From IMG/VR virus record IMGVR_UViG_3300032893_000009, positions 32,001 to 96,000 of that record: DNA of 64,000 bases; one strand, written 5' to 3'. The DNA is from a virus. The position numbers and the translations under genes are program-made. Of this stretch, positions 1 through 10,253 are shown one piece after another. Below the pieces are notes generated by a model. That model had not been told where the DNA came from. It saw only the letters and a program-made list of their open reading frames with translations, and ran no database searches. Positions within the stretch are counted from its first letter, which is position 1; each line of letters begins with the position of its first letter.

Positions 1-272
1 TCGATGAGAATCATGTGCTGGTGCTGGCCAATTTCAACCCCCGCAGCGTGGACATTCTTACCGCCCGCGAGGACGTGCTGCTGTTGCCCAGCGTGCTCGA
101 TCCGGTCACGGTTCACAGCCACGCCGCCAGCAAGAACCGGGCACAACACTTCGAGGCACTGCGCAAGATCGGCATGGACGAAACGCATACGACCGCGCAT
201 CTGGCCCGGTTCGCCGCTGAAAAATGCGGGCTGCATTTGGATATTTAGGACGGCTTTTGTCTACTATGAAGT

Positions 273-1928
273 ATGCGGGTTCCCGTTCTGCTGACCAATC
301 GCCGGGCTGTCTTTCCGCCTCTCGACGCAGAGGTGTATGACAGGCTGCGTGCTTTCTGGTCCTTCTCTCCCAAGGGGCTGTGGTACATGCCCCAGTACAA
401 GCCCACCAAGATACTGCGCGGCCAACGCGACGAGACTGCGAAGCGAATTGAGGAGTTGAAGCGGCAGCGCCCGGTGAAGTCGTCCCGCATCCGGGCCATG
501 GAAGCAGCAGTCAGGGAAGCCGACGAGCAGCTGAAGGGGATGTGGGACGGCAAGATTAATCTGCTCAAGCGGGGCGCACTCTCCGCCGGTCTGTTTCGTG
601 CCACTTGGAAAGAGGCTGAGCAATCCACAGGCGTGAAATTCTTGTGGAAGAGGGAGCGCAAAACCCTGCCGCTCAAGCCCGGTCTTCCTCCTGCCGACGC
701 CAAGTACGAGCATCAAAACGAGTGCGTGACCGCCATGCTGAACAACATCGAGCGCGGCGGCGGCATCGTGCTCGCAGCCACCTCCAGCGGCAAGACAGCC
801 ATTGCTGCGCGCCTGTTCTCGTGGCTCGACTGCGACTGCTTGTTCGTGGTTGATCAGCTGGACTTGCTCTACCAGCAGCAGGAGGAGCTGGAGGCTTGGC
901 TGCATGAGAAGGTGGGCGTGGTAGGAGAAGGCCGCTTCGAGCCCCGGCGCGTCACCGTGGCCACCATCCAGACCCTGAACCACCACCGCCAGCATGCGGA
1001 CTTCCGCAAGTGGTACGGACGGATTCAGGTGATGGTGGTCGATGAGCTGCACGAGCAGCTGGCGCGGCGCGACTTCAACGTGCTCGAAGCCATCGAGCCG
1101 GTGGCCATCTTCGGCCTCACCGCCACCCTGCAGCTGGGGGTCAAGGAGACGCGCCTGCGCGCCTATGCCTTCGCCGGGCCGGTGCTCTACCGCTTCCCCA
1201 TCAAGGAGGGTGTGGAGCGCGGGGTGCTGGCCAAGGGCTACGCCCTGCAGCTGCTGTTCAAGCCCGAGGACTGCGCCAACATGGACTGGCGCGACGAGCT
1301 GCGCCTGCAGGTGCTCGAAAACGAGTTGAAGCTGGACTCCTGCTGGGAGATGGTTGATGTGCTGGTCAACATGATGAACCGGCATGTGATGGTACTCGTC
1401 GAGCGGGTCCGGCATCTGGAGGACGTGAGCGACATCTGCAATGCCATCCCCCACGGCGTGGCTTACGGCAAGGTGGACGTAACCATGCGCGGGATGGTCA
1501 AGGAGATGTTCGAGGCCGAAGACCTCAAGCTGATGCTCACCAACAAGGTGTTCAAGAAAGGCACGAGCATCAAGCGCATCGATGCCATGATTGACATGGC
1601 CGAGGGCAAGAGCAAGAATGACCCCGTACAGAAGTATGGCCGGGGCCTCCGGCTGCATCCCGACAAAAGCGAATTGATCTACATCGATTTCGGCACCGAT
1701 GGAGACGGACGCTTCGCCAAAGCCGCTGCTTCCCGGCGCAAGGCCTTGCGGGACGCGGGTATTCAGGTGACTGTGGTGAAAAATGTATGCAGCACCGGTC
1801 AGGCCCTGCTCGCATTGCGTAAGTTTATCCGCAAGGTTGCCGCATATGACCGCCAATCAGACCCTGCAGTACAACACTCTCTCCGCTTCGATCAGCCTGA
1901 TCAAAGACAAACTGGAACGGATTCGTAA
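273..1928 (+). CDS. Superfamily 2 (UvsW/DEAD-like) helicase
   Basis: Motifs AATSSGKT (Walker A), VVDELHE (Walker B), GLTAT (III), QKYGRGLR (VI). Confidence 0.9.
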   Translation: MRVPVLLTNRRAVFPPLDAEVYDRLRAFWSFSPKGLWYMPQYKPTKILRGQRDETAKRIEELKRQRPVKSSRIRAMEAAVREADEQLKGMWDGKINLLKRGALSAGLFRATWKEAEQSTGVKFLWKRERKTLPLKPGLPPADAKYEHQNECVTAMLNNIERGGGIVLAATSSGKTAIAARLFSWLDCDCLFVVDQLDLLYQQQEELEAWLHEKVGVVGEGRFEPRRVTVATIQTLNHHRQHADFRKWYGRIQVMVVDELHEQLARRDFNVLEAIEPVAIFGLTATLQLGVKETRLRAYAFAGPVLYRFPIKEGVERGVLAKGYALQLLFKPEDCANMDWRDELRLQVLENELKLDSCWEMVDVLVNMMNRHVMVLVERVRHLEDVSDICNAIPHGVAYGKVDVTMRGMVKEMFEAEDLKLMLTNKVFKKGTSIKRIDAMIDMAEGKSKNDPVQKYGRGLRLHPDKSELIYIDFGTDGDGRFAKAAASRRKALRDAGIQVTVVKNVCSTGQALLALRKFIRKVAAYDRQSDPAVQHSLRFDQPDQRQTGTDS

Positions 1929-2445
1929 GTACATCGCCACCACCTACAAGATCAACGGCGGGCTGCCCCCTGACGAGCAGTTCGCCATGCGGGTTCTTGC
2001 CAGCCGCTGCCGGGAGCTGGATCGCTGGTTCATCATCGAAACCTCTCCTCCCAACGATCCTGCACGACGCAACGCCGAGGCGGAACTTCAGATGGCTCAC
2101 CGCGACACTGGAGAGCTGTTTCGCTGGCGGGTATCCAACCACAGCTTTGGAAGGCTGGGCTGCACCGGCTGCGAGTTCGATCTGGTGGGGCTGGCGCGCG
2201 TGCCTCTTACCGGAGTGTGCCACTGTGGGAAGGGTGTCCTGCATTCTTTGCTGGTGGAATCGCAGCAGGAGTTCGTAGAGGGGCTGGAGGGGTTCTGGAA
2301 GGGGGTAGGACTGTTTCAGGGCCAAGAATCGCTCTGGGGGGCCTCTGGGAGGCCGGGAACGGCCATTTTGGGACCTGGAGGGGGGATTCTGATGGTCTGT
2401 GAGGCCTGCGGGCAGTGGGAGGTGCGGCCATGTCCGGCTTCCTGA
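1846..2445 (+). CDS. Hypothetical protein, Cys-rich (possible Zn-binding)
   Basis: ORF overlapping the helicase end; CxxC/CxC motifs. Confidence 0.5.
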   Translation: MTANQTLQYNTLSASISLIKDKLERIRKYIATTYKINGGLPPDEQFAMRVLASRCRELDRWFIIETSPPNDPARRNAEAELQMAHRDTGELFRWRVSNHSFGRLGCTGCEFDLVGLARVPLTGVCHCGKGVLHSLLVESQQEFVEGLEGFWKGVGLFQGQESLWGASGRPGTAILGPGGGILMVCEACGQWEVRPCPAS

Positions 2446-2765
2446 TGTGCTTGGTGGAGTTTCTGGGCGGCTGGGCTTGGGGGTCCTTTCTGGGCCGGAG
2501 GAAGTACATCCGCTGGGAGGCCGAGCTTAAAACGCGGACGCGGGCGCTGCTGGAGGACCGGGGCAAATTGGAGGAGCGCTTGGAGGCGGAGAAGCAGAGC
2601 ACCCGGAGCGTGGATGCCTTGGTGGTGGAGGACGCAATCAGGAGGGAGGCCCGGGCCAAGGCCGCTTTACGGGCGGTGTTGAAGCAGGATGGGTGCAGCG
2701 AGGCGGAGATCGCCATGGTGATGAGCAACGTGGACAACGTGAAAGACGGAGATTTGCAGGAGTGA
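2430..2765 (+). CDS. Hypothetical membrane-anchored coiled-coil protein
   Basis: GGAGGT RBS; hydrophobic N-terminus followed by a charged helix. Confidence 0.55.
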   Translation: MSGFLMCLVEFLGGWAWGSFLGRRKYIRWEAELKTRTRALLEDRGKLEERLEAEKQSTRSVDALVVEDAIRREARAKAALRAVLKQDGCSEAEIAMVMSNVDNVKDGDLQE

Positions 2766-2786
2766 ATTTCGACGCGCCGGGTAATC

Positions 2787-2816
2787 AGATAACCTTCGGT
2801 TATCTTCTTACTTTTC
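2787..2816 (+). terminator. Probable intrinsic terminator
   Basis: AGATAACC-TTC-GGTTATCT hairpin followed by TCTTACTTTT. Confidence 0.55.
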
Positions 2817-2829
2817 ATTCATCAATAGA

Positions 2830-2947
2830 GACGAAAGACAGATTCTATAGTATGGCTATAGGGTCTTTATGATGGCAGGGGGATGGCAGGATTGATAGGG
2901 AAGGAAGGGGGAGTATGAAACAAGACGCAAAGTGAATTCTCTAGTAT
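2830..2947 (+). promoter_or_regulatory. Two tandem GACG-N14-TAGTAT promoter-like motifs
   Basis: GACG 2830 / TAGTAT 2848 and GACG 2924 / TAGTAT 2942. Confidence 0.6.
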
Positions 2948-2984
2948 GTGGACGTAGGCCGTAAGGGCCACAGGAGGAAACGAT

Positions 2985-3305
2985 ATGCCGAGGCTGGAAA
3001 ACTGGAGCGTGGGACAGGCTGGTCCGCTGGATGCAGTGTTTGGGGTCATTCGCCTGAAGGGTGTGAGCGTGGGCGACGAGCGAATCGATCCGAACACCGG
3101 GAACAGGATGGAGGGGCAGGTGATCACCACTTCGCCGCTCAAGGAATTCAACATCGAGAAGCGGCAGGCGCAGACGCTGCACACCCTGTATGAGCTGGGT
3201 GCGGTCGAAGCGGGCTATGCTGAACACATCAAGGTCAGCGACCCCGAGCGGTATGCCGAGCTGGTGCAGCTGGGCTACATCACCGACAACAGCCCTGCCA
3301 ACTGA
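2985..3305 (+). CDS. Hypothetical phage protein
   Basis: AGGAGG RBS; coding-like codon usage. Confidence 0.7.
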   Translation: MPRLENWSVGQAGPLDAVFGVIRLKGVSVGDERIDPNTGNRMEGQVITTSPLKEFNIEKRQAQTLHTLYELGAVEAGYAEHIKVSDPERYAELVQLGYITDNSPAN

Positions 3306-3376
3306 GTTTGGCGGGCATGAAGGGCACAACCCCGCCGGGTAAGACGGGGTTGTTCCACGAAGAGAGGAGAAATCGT

Positions 3377-3991
3377 ATGCAGGACATCAAGGATTTGCTC
3401 AAGGCGGAAATCGAGAAGAGCAACGTTTATTCCAAGCGCAACTTCGGCCTGATCACCGGCGACGGTTTCAGGGAGATGGTCGAGGACCTGCTGAAGAGCA
3501 AGGGCTTCACCATGTTCCTGCTCACCGCCTACATGACCAACATCATGGGCACCTCCGATCTGGCCGAGTGGGCCAAGAATTCCGGCAAGCTGGGATCGGA
3601 GATTACCATCGACGGCCTGCGCGACATGATCCGCGACAACATCGATACCTTCCGGCCTTTGCTGGAAATGCTCTACTGGGGCATCAACATCGGGCGCAAG
3701 CTGGAGCGCGACGAGCAGGATACGCTGCGCCAGATGGAGCAGGGTATGAGGCTTGATCCTGCCGACAAGGCCGAGCTGGATGCGATTCTCGCTGAAGCCA
3801 ACAGCGAGCATGTGTGCCCGATCTGTCACAAGGCCATCGAGGATGGCGACGTGTGCGAGATGCCGGGTGGCCCGCACGCGCTCTGCGACGATCCCAAGCT
3901 GGAACGCCACAACCGGCTCAGCCGTTCAGGGCCTGACGGCTCGCGGCAGACTGGCTATGTGGACGACTCCGGCACGGAGTGCTGGCTGTGA
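3377..3991 (+). CDS. Hypothetical protein with C-terminal Cys/His cluster
   Basis: GAGGAG RBS before ATG 3377; CPIC...C...HALC. Confidence 0.65.
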   Translation: MQDIKDLLKAEIEKSNVYSKRNFGLITGDGFREMVEDLLKSKGFTMFLLTAYMTNIMGTSDLAEWAKNSGKLGSEITIDGLRDMIRDNIDTFRPLLEMLYWGINIGRKLERDEQDTLRQMEQGMRLDPADKAELDAILAEANSEHVCPICHKAIEDGDVCEMPGGPHALCDDPKLERHNRLSRSGPDGSRQTGYVDDSGTECWL

Positions 3992-4554
3992 GTCTGGAAG
4001 CCCCAATCTGGACGCTGGCCAACGAGATCAGCGGGATTATAGGCCGCTGGCTGGAGGAGCACGAAGGCAAGAAGTTCTTCGGCAAGTTCCGCCCTCTTGA
4101 TCTGCTGCGCCTGACCAAGCTGCAGGTGTGGAGCTGGCGCTACCGGCTGGACATCGAGGAAATCCTGACGCTCATCCTGCCGCCCCTGCGTTCCGCCATG
4201 TCCGCCCGGAATCCCCGGCACAGGTACGTGCTGGGGGTCACCGTGGCCGCGCTGACCGGACGCGGGGCCGAGCAGATTCTGCTGAGCGAGCTGCGGGAAA
4301 ACTATCCGGCCTTGGAGAACCGGGCCATCTGGCGGGATCAGGAGCGCCAGCGGCAGCTGGACCGGGAGCGCCGGGAGGAAGGGGAGGTGGAGGTCAGGGA
4401 GTCACGCTTCAAGGGGGTGCTGGAGGCCGAGTCGGTGGCCGATTACATAGAATCGTACAGGAAGCGGGCGCTGGCTACACGCAGGCGGATGAATGCCGAG
4501 CTGGCCAGTGCGAAACGGAAACGCAAGCGTTACCGGGGCAACCCGTGGCTGTGA
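3979..4554 (+). CDS. Hypothetical protein
   Basis: Coupled ORF with phage-like codon usage; start uncertain. Confidence 0.6.
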   Translation: MLAVSLEAPIWTLANEISGIIGRWLEEHEGKKFFGKFRPLDLLRLTKLQVWSWRYRLDIEEILTLILPPLRSAMSARNPRHRYVLGVTVAALTGRGAEQILLSELRENYPALENRAIWRDQERQRQLDRERREEGEVEVRESRFKGVLEAESVADYIESYRKRALATRRRMNAELASAKRKRKRYRGNPWL

Positions 4555-4561
4555 GGTGAGC

Positions 4562-4867
4562 ATGGGCTACTACATTCAGACGAACAGGAATCATGGCAAG
4601 GCGGAGGATATTGCCAAGGAGTACGGCGGATTTATTCTGCCCAACGCTCCGAAGAACTACGCGGACATCCCTGCCGACAAGGCATTGATCGTGGTGGTGG
4701 ACAACGGTCCTTTTGAGGCTGCCGCGTTCGCCTATGATGCAGAGGAGTTCAGCGTCTTCACCGACCGGGAAGACGACCGGCCCAAGCAGTATGTGCTGAT
4801 CGACCGGGAGGCCGCAGAACTGGCATCCGGCTTCCGCAAGGAGCCGAAGCCAGGGGTTGTGGGGTGA
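4562..4867 (+). CDS. Hypothetical phage protein
   Basis: GAGGTG RBS, ATG 4562. Confidence 0.7.
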   Translation: MGYYIQTNRNHGKAEDIAKEYGGFILPNAPKNYADIPADKALIVVVDNGPFEAAAFAYDAEEFSVFTDREDDRPKQYVLIDREAAELASGFRKEPKPGVVG

Positions 4868-4965
4868 ACCATGTGCCCCTTCGTCTGCGTGCGGCATAAC
4901 TGGACGTCATATTCACATCCATGTCCGCATTGCGCCATGGAAAAACGGAAGTGAGGAGAAATCGT

Positions 4966-5280
4966 ATGACAACGAAGAAGAAACCAACGTCTGACGAGGC
5001 GCAGAGCAAGGCGGTGGATGCTCTGTTGAACGGTTTTGCAGCCACTCTCGATGCTGTGGGCGTGCTGGTAGTATCTCTGCCGCGTGATCCCAAACTGCGT
5101 AAAGAGGGGGTTTGGCTGTCTGTGCTCGATAAGGGCCACTGCGCGCCGGAGCTTGTTGATCTCAGCGTCAAGCTGCTGCAGCACTATCGTATGAGGTCGC
5201 TGGTTGAGGCTCTGGTGGAGTCCGTGGCCAAACCTCCCAAGACGCGGCGCAAGAGGCTTACAACCAAAACCGGCAAGTAG
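4966..5280 (+). CDS. Hypothetical protein
   Basis: GAGGAG RBS, ATG 4966. Confidence 0.55.
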   Translation: MTTKKKPTSDEAQSKAVDALLNGFAATLDAVGVLVVSLPRDPKLRKEGVWLSVLDKGHCAPELVDLSVKLLQHYRMRSLVEALVESVAKPPKTRRKRLTTKTGK

Positions 5281-5286
5281 GCGCTT

Positions 5287-6600
5287 ATGGAAGCCACTCT
5301 ACGGCGGCAGGTGCTTCGTGCGGCTGTCAGGGACCGGATGTTCCTGAAGACCGTGTGCCATGACATAGCGCCCGCCGATTTTCCTGACAAGGCCGAGCAG
5401 GTCGTCGCCGAGATCGCCCTGAAGTTCTGGGAGGATCACGGCGAGCCTGTCGGCGCTCTTCTGCGTTCCGACGCGGAGGATGCCAGCCGCCACCAGCACC
5501 TGAATCCGGAGGAGCGCAAGAAGCTCCGCCAGCTGGTGGATGAGATACAGGGCGCGCAGAAGGACCTTGTGCCGGTGCGCGCCTTGCAGGACCGGGTGAT
5601 GGCCCTGCGCCGCGACACCTTCTATGAGAAGGCGCTGGACGACATCATCACTGCGCAGGAAAAAGGGAATCTGAACACTGCTACGCTGGAGGAGATCGTG
5701 GACCGGGCGCGCCGGGAGTTGTCGGATCGCCTGTATGTCGCCAGCGACTACCTGAATGAACTGGACAAGCGCATCCTGCGCCGCCAGATGCGCAACGAGG
5801 ATGATCTGTATCCGCAGCTGATGATCGGGCCGCTGGACGACCGGATCAAGATCATCGGGCGCGGCCACTTCGGCCTCTTCATAGGCCCCTATGCCTCTGG
5901 CAAGTCCCTCTTCCTGCTGCACACCGCGCACGCCTATGCCTTTCAGGGCCTGAACGTTCTGTACATTACTCTCGAAGACCCCAAGGATGTGCTGGAGAAC
6001 CGCATGGATGCCGCCATGACCGGCATTCCCATGGGCAAGCTGCACCAGCTGCCCAACCGGCTGCGCAGGCGTTTCGAGGAGATGCGCGGGCTGGTGCGGG
6101 GACGCATCAAGATCGTGGACGCCACCGAGGGCGGCTTCACCATTTCCAAGTGCGAGAAGCTGTGGGAGCAGCTGCGCGCCGACGGCTTTATTGCCGACGC
6201 TATCATCATTGACTACGACGAGGAGATCGGCTGCGAGGTGAAGTTTACCGGCGAGATGCAGCGCAAGCGGGAGTTTGAAGAAATCTACAAGCGCATCCGG
6301 CGCATGGCCAAGAAGCTGGACGTGATCGTGTGGACCGCTTCGCAGACCAAGCGCGGCACTGCCGACAAGAAGGTGATTACCGGCGACATGATCGGCGAGG
6401 ACATTTCCAAGGCCAAGAAGGCGTTCATTGCTATTGGCATCGGGCGCTACAAGGACGAGGAAAACAAGAAGTACCTGTACGTGATCCGGCATCGTCTGGA
6501 CCGCGACAAGTTCGGGGTCGATATTATGTCGAACTACGAGGCTGGAATCGCCTACGACGCGGAGGCCACGCGGCTGATGCTGAGGAGACCGAAGGCGTGA
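5287..6600 (+). CDS. DnaB/gp41-like replicative helicase
   Basis: Walker A GPYASGKS, YITLE, IIIDY, VWTASQ. Confidence 0.9.
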   Translation: MEATLRRQVLRAAVRDRMFLKTVCHDIAPADFPDKAEQVVAEIALKFWEDHGEPVGALLRSDAEDASRHQHLNPEERKKLRQLVDEIQGAQKDLVPVRALQDRVMALRRDTFYEKALDDIITAQEKGNLNTATLEEIVDRARRELSDRLYVASDYLNELDKRILRRQMRNEDDLYPQLMIGPLDDRIKIIGRGHFGLFIGPYASGKSLFLLHTAHAYAFQGLNVLYITLEDPKDVLENRMDAAMTGIPMGKLHQLPNRLRRRFEEMRGLVRGRIKIVDATEGGFTISKCEKLWEQLRADGFIADAIIIDYDEEIGCEVKFTGEMQRKREFEEIYKRIRRMAKKLDVIVWTASQTKRGTADKKVITGDMIGEDISKAKKAFIAIGIGRYKDEENKKYLYVIRHRLDRDKFGVDIMSNYEAGIAYDAEATRLMLRRPKA

Positions 6601-6605
6601 AGGGG

Positions 6606-7346
6606 ATGAGTATGAGTGCTGCCGACGTTGTTCAATGCCTGAAGGGATTCTTCCCAGCTCCGGCATGGGCCTTTCTCGAACAGGTGGCTGACGGAACCGG
6701 AGCGCGCCAGCACCGCTGGGCCGATGCCGTGGCCATGAGTGTGTGGCCGTCGCGCGGATACGACATTCACGGCATCGAGATCAAGGTTTCGCGGTATGAC
6801 TGGCTGCACGAATTGCGGCAGCCCAAGAAGTCTACAGCCGTGCAGCAGTATTGCAACCGCTGGTGGATCGCCACCCCGGACGACGCAATCATTATGCCCG
6901 GCGAGCTTCCTCCCACGTGGGGTTGGATGGTGGTGAAGGGTAAAACCATGAAGGTGGTGTCTCCGGCACCGCCTTTGAAGCCCAAGCCTGTATCGCTCGA
7001 ATTCGTGGCCTCGATTCTGCGTAATGTGCAGAAGGCTGACGAGCATGCCATAGAGGTCAGGATCAGGAAGGAGCGCCACGAAGCTCACGAGATCGGTGGC
7101 AAGTACCATCGTGAGAAATACGAGAGGTTGCGGCAGCAGTGCGAGGAATTCAAGGCCAAGAGCGGCATTGAGATCACCGAGTATTCCGGCGAAGACATAG
7201 GCGAGGCTGTGGAGACTCTTCAGCGCTTGTCTGGGAATCTTGCCCGTGTGGCAGATGCCATCGACGCCTGCGAACGGGTAAAGGGAATGCTGAATTCTGT
7301 GATGAAGCTGGCTAGTCTCAAGGACGTGGTGAAACCGAAGGGGTGA
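6606..7346 (+). CDS. MmcB-like PD-(D/E)xK nuclease-family protein
   Basis: ADAVAM...HGIEIKVSRYDW...K signature. Confidence 0.7.
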   Translation: MSMSAADVVQCLKGFFPAPAWAFLEQVADGTGARQHRWADAVAMSVWPSRGYDIHGIEIKVSRYDWLHELRQPKKSTAVQQYCNRWWIATPDDAIIMPGELPPTWGWMVVKGKTMKVVSPAPPLKPKPVSLEFVASILRNVQKADEHAIEVRIRKERHEAHEIGGKYHREKYERLRQQCEEFKAKSGIEITEYSGEDIGEAVETLQRLSGNLARVADAIDACERVKGMLNSVMKLASLKDVVKPKG

Positions 7347-7349
7347 TTT

Positions 7350-7565
7350 ATGAGTGCGGGCATTGATATTGCCGTGTGCCCTAGTTGTAATAGGGTGCCG
7401 TTCGGCGTCTACCAGTCCGCTCCCGAATTAATTGACGGAGAGTATCTGGTGTCGTTTAGTTGTGGCTCCTGTGGCTACTTAGCCGGTGTCAGGGTGCTCC
7501 CCAAGGGGGTCATCCCGGTGGGCAGCGCTCTGGTGAGCTGGAATCGTCTGGTCGAGGGTAGATGA
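7350..7565 (+). CDS. Small Zn-ribbon protein
   Basis: CPSC...CGSC. Confidence 0.5.
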   Translation: MSAGIDIAVCPSCNRVPFGVYQSAPELIDGEYLVSFSCGSCGYLAGVRVLPKGVIPVGSALVSWNRLVEGR

Positions 7566-9595
7566 GATCGCTGCCCCAATTCGAGGGATCGCCGGAGCAC
7601 CTGCGCGGACGCGCCGACCTGCGCTTGCGTCTGATGCTGTGCGCTGAGGAGCTGCACATGCGCTACCCATGCGACGTGTACCTGTGCGGCTCCGGGCTAC
7701 AGCGTGAGGACCCGGAGGACTGGGATGTGCGGGGCATATTCGCCAACGAGGTGTTCGACGAGCACGGGCCGAGCTACTGGGCGATGGAGGCTGCGCTGTT
7801 CACCACCGAGCAGGAGAAGCTGCAGGGGCTGGCCCTCGATGTGCGCCTTTTACCCAGCCGCCTGTTCTACCGCCTCGGGGCGCTGTCGCTGGACCGCCAC
7901 GAGGCCTCTGCGGCCCCGGAATGGCCTATTCTGACAGCGCCCAGTCCCGAGGAGATCGCCTACGGCAAGGAAGTGATTGAGCAGAACAAGCATCTGCCTG
8001 ACTTCCATGTGCTGCTGGGCTCGGTGATGTATGCGCGTGGCGACAAGCAGACGGCATTGCAGGCCTTCCTGAAGGCCGTGGAGCTGGAGCCGGAGAACCA
8101 CGGGGCGTGGCTGAACGTCGGCAACATTCTCTACGACTGGGGCGAGTTCAAGCGGGCGGCGGTCTACTATCGACGCGCCCTGATCCTGAAGCCGGACTAC
8201 GCCAAGGGCTACCTCAACATGGCCAACGTTCTGGTGCAGATGGGCAACACCGTTTCCGCGCTGCCGTTCTACGATCAGGCTCTCAAGATCGATCCCGAGA
8301 TGGGAGCCGGGTATCACAACCGGGGGAACTGCCTGATTGCTCTCAAGAAGTACGACGCAGCGGAGAAGGATTTGATGCGCGCCTTGGAGCTGGAGCCCGA
8401 TGACGAGCGGGTGTACAACACGCTGGGCAACCTGCGCACCAGTCAGGGGCTGGAGTACACGGCGGGCGCGGCCTACCGGACAGCCATCCTTGTGAATCCG
8501 AAGTACGCGCCGCTCTACACCAATCTGGCCAACATCTATGCCAACCTCAACCGCCAGCGTGACGCAATCGTGAACTACGAGCGCGGCCTGATTCTCGATC
8601 CCAAGAACCCCGGGGTGCGCTACAATCTGGCGCTGGCCTATCTGCGCGCCGGGGAGTACAGGCTGGGGTGGAGGGCCTACGAAGGGCGCAGCGACTTCCG
8701 TGAATTGAATGTGAAGAAGCGCGATTTCGGCAAGCCCAGATGGGATGGGAGCCCCTTGGAGGGCAAGCGGATTCTGGTGCATTGCGAGCAGGGTTTGGGC
8801 GATACCATTCAGTTTGCGCGATACATTCCGCTGGTGGAGCGCATGGGCGGGAAAGTGTATTTCGAGGTGCAGCACGGCCTGCAGAGGCTGATGTCTACCG
8901 TGGATGGCGCGAAGATGATTTGCACCCGTGGAATGCCGCTGCCGGAATTCGATCTGCACTGTCCTTTGATGAGCCTGCCTGCCATCTTCAAGACGGACAT
9001 CGATACCGTGCCCCGCAACGTCCCCTATCTGCGTGCGTGGAAGTGGGAGGCTGAGCAGATGTGGCGGAGGTATCCGCTGCGCTGGCACGGTTCCGGTTCC
9101 TACCTGCGCGTGGGGATCAGCTGGGCGGGCAATCCCAAGTACAAAAAGGATCACGAGCGCTCTTTCTCGCTGAGCGAGTTTGCGCCGCTGGCCGACGTGG
9201 AGGGCGTGAATTTCTACTCCCTGCAGAAGGGACCGGCGGCGCAGCAGATCGAGAAGTATCAGGATCGGATCATGGTCTTCAACGCCTCGGAGAATGCCAA
9301 GGACTTCGCCGAGAGCGCAGCGCTGATCGATACGCTCGATCTGGTTATCAGCAGTGACAGCTCACCCATGCACCTCGCAGCGGCGATGGACAAGGAGGTG
9401 TGGCTGCTTCTGGCTTATCTCCCCGACTGGAGATGGATCGACGGGGAGAAGACACCGTGGTACCCCAACGTGAAAATCTTCCGGCAGACGTCGCCGGGGG
9501 ACTGGGCTGGGGTTTTTCTAAGGGTACGACAAGCACTGGAGGAATTCGTTGCCGTGCGAAAGGGGGTGCGTGATGCCGCTCAAACCTGTTCCTAG
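7562..9595 (+). CDS. TPR-repeat / GT9-like glycosyltransferase with N-terminal nucleotidyltransferase-like domain
   Basis: About 7 TPRs; EQGLGDTIQFARY, DLVISSDSSPMHLAAA, DWRW; N-terminal VYLCGS...DWDVR. Confidence 0.85.
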   Translation: MRSLPQFEGSPEHLRGRADLRLRLMLCAEELHMRYPCDVYLCGSGLQREDPEDWDVRGIFANEVFDEHGPSYWAMEAALFTTEQEKLQGLALDVRLLPSRLFYRLGALSLDRHEASAAPEWPILTAPSPEEIAYGKEVIEQNKHLPDFHVLLGSVMYARGDKQTALQAFLKAVELEPENHGAWLNVGNILYDWGEFKRAAVYYRRALILKPDYAKGYLNMANVLVQMGNTVSALPFYDQALKIDPEMGAGYHNRGNCLIALKKYDAAEKDLMRALELEPDDERVYNTLGNLRTSQGLEYTAGAAYRTAILVNPKYAPLYTNLANIYANLNRQRDAIVNYERGLILDPKNPGVRYNLALAYLRAGEYRLGWRAYEGRSDFRELNVKKRDFGKPRWDGSPLEGKRILVHCEQGLGDTIQFARYIPLVERMGGKVYFEVQHGLQRLMSTVDGAKMICTRGMPLPEFDLHCPLMSLPAIFKTDIDTVPRNVPYLRAWKWEAEQMWRRYPLRWHGSGSYLRVGISWAGNPKYKKDHERSFSLSEFAPLADVEGVNFYSLQKGPAAQQIEKYQDRIMVFNASENAKDFAESAALIDTLDLVISSDSSPMHLAAAMDKEVWLLLAYLPDWRWIDGEKTPWYPNVKIFRQTSPGDWAGVFLRVRQALEEFVAVRKGVRDAAQTCS

Positions 9596-10109
9596 ACCCC
9601 CAATTCGTTACGGAGAAATTGACGGTGAGTCTGTAGCTTATATTCCTTTGACAAAGGGTGAGTGGGCTATTGTAGACAGACGTAATTTGTGTCTGGTTAA
9701 AGGGTGCTGGTGGCTTGATATTCGTGGATATCCTGTTCAGCGCCGGGGAGGTCGTGTACCAGTACCGATGCAGAACGTCATTATGCCCCCACCGCCCGGA
9801 AAGATTACTGATCACAAATTCGGCAACCCTCTAGACAACCGCGAGTCGCAACTTCGTTATGCAACTAGGCCTGAGAATTGCAAGAATTTGGCGAGGTATA
9901 GGAACAACACCAGTGGATATAAGGGTGTTCATTGGGATGCTAGAAGTGATAGGTGGATTGCGCAGATTTCTATTGCTGGGCGACGTGTTTATCTTGGATG
10001 TTTTGTCAGAAGTGAATTGATAGAAGCTGCCAAGGCTTATGACGCAGCGGCAATGGGATGCTATGGAGAGTTTGCGAGGCTTAATTTTCCTTGTGTGAAG
10101 GAGGGGTAA
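9573..10109 (+). CDS. HNH-AP2 homing endonuclease
   Basis: DHKFGNPLDNRESQLR, NTSGYKGV, AAKAYDAAA...FARLNFP; lower GC than flanks. Confidence 0.9.
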   Translation: MPLKPVPRPPIRYGEIDGESVAYIPLTKGEWAIVDRRNLCLVKGCWWLDIRGYPVQRRGGRVPVPMQNVIMPPPPGKITDHKFGNPLDNRESQLRYATRPENCKNLARYRNNTSGYKGVHWDARSDRWIAQISIAGRRVYLGCFVRSELIEAAKAYDAAAMGCYGEFARLNFPCVKEG

Positions 10110-10253
10110 TGAACGTGCTTCGGATTAAAGACGGAAAGGTGGATGGCATAGCATTAAGCAGCGCCACCCCGGCGGTGGCGGAGAGAACCGCGAGCATGCT
10201 GAATTCATTTTCAGGTAAAACCGGCTTCACATTTACGACGGATGGGGGAGCGA

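Noticed and set aside
2220-2900. G-rich skew and GATGGCAGG direct repeat as a replication origin or G-quadruplex
   Set aside because: Only two short repeats and mostly coding sequence; insufficient evidence.
264-9154. Long minus-strand ORFs (264-1856, 5299-6666, 7850-9154 and similar ones later in the window)
   Set aside because: Antisense shadows of GC-rich + strand genes that have clear motifs.
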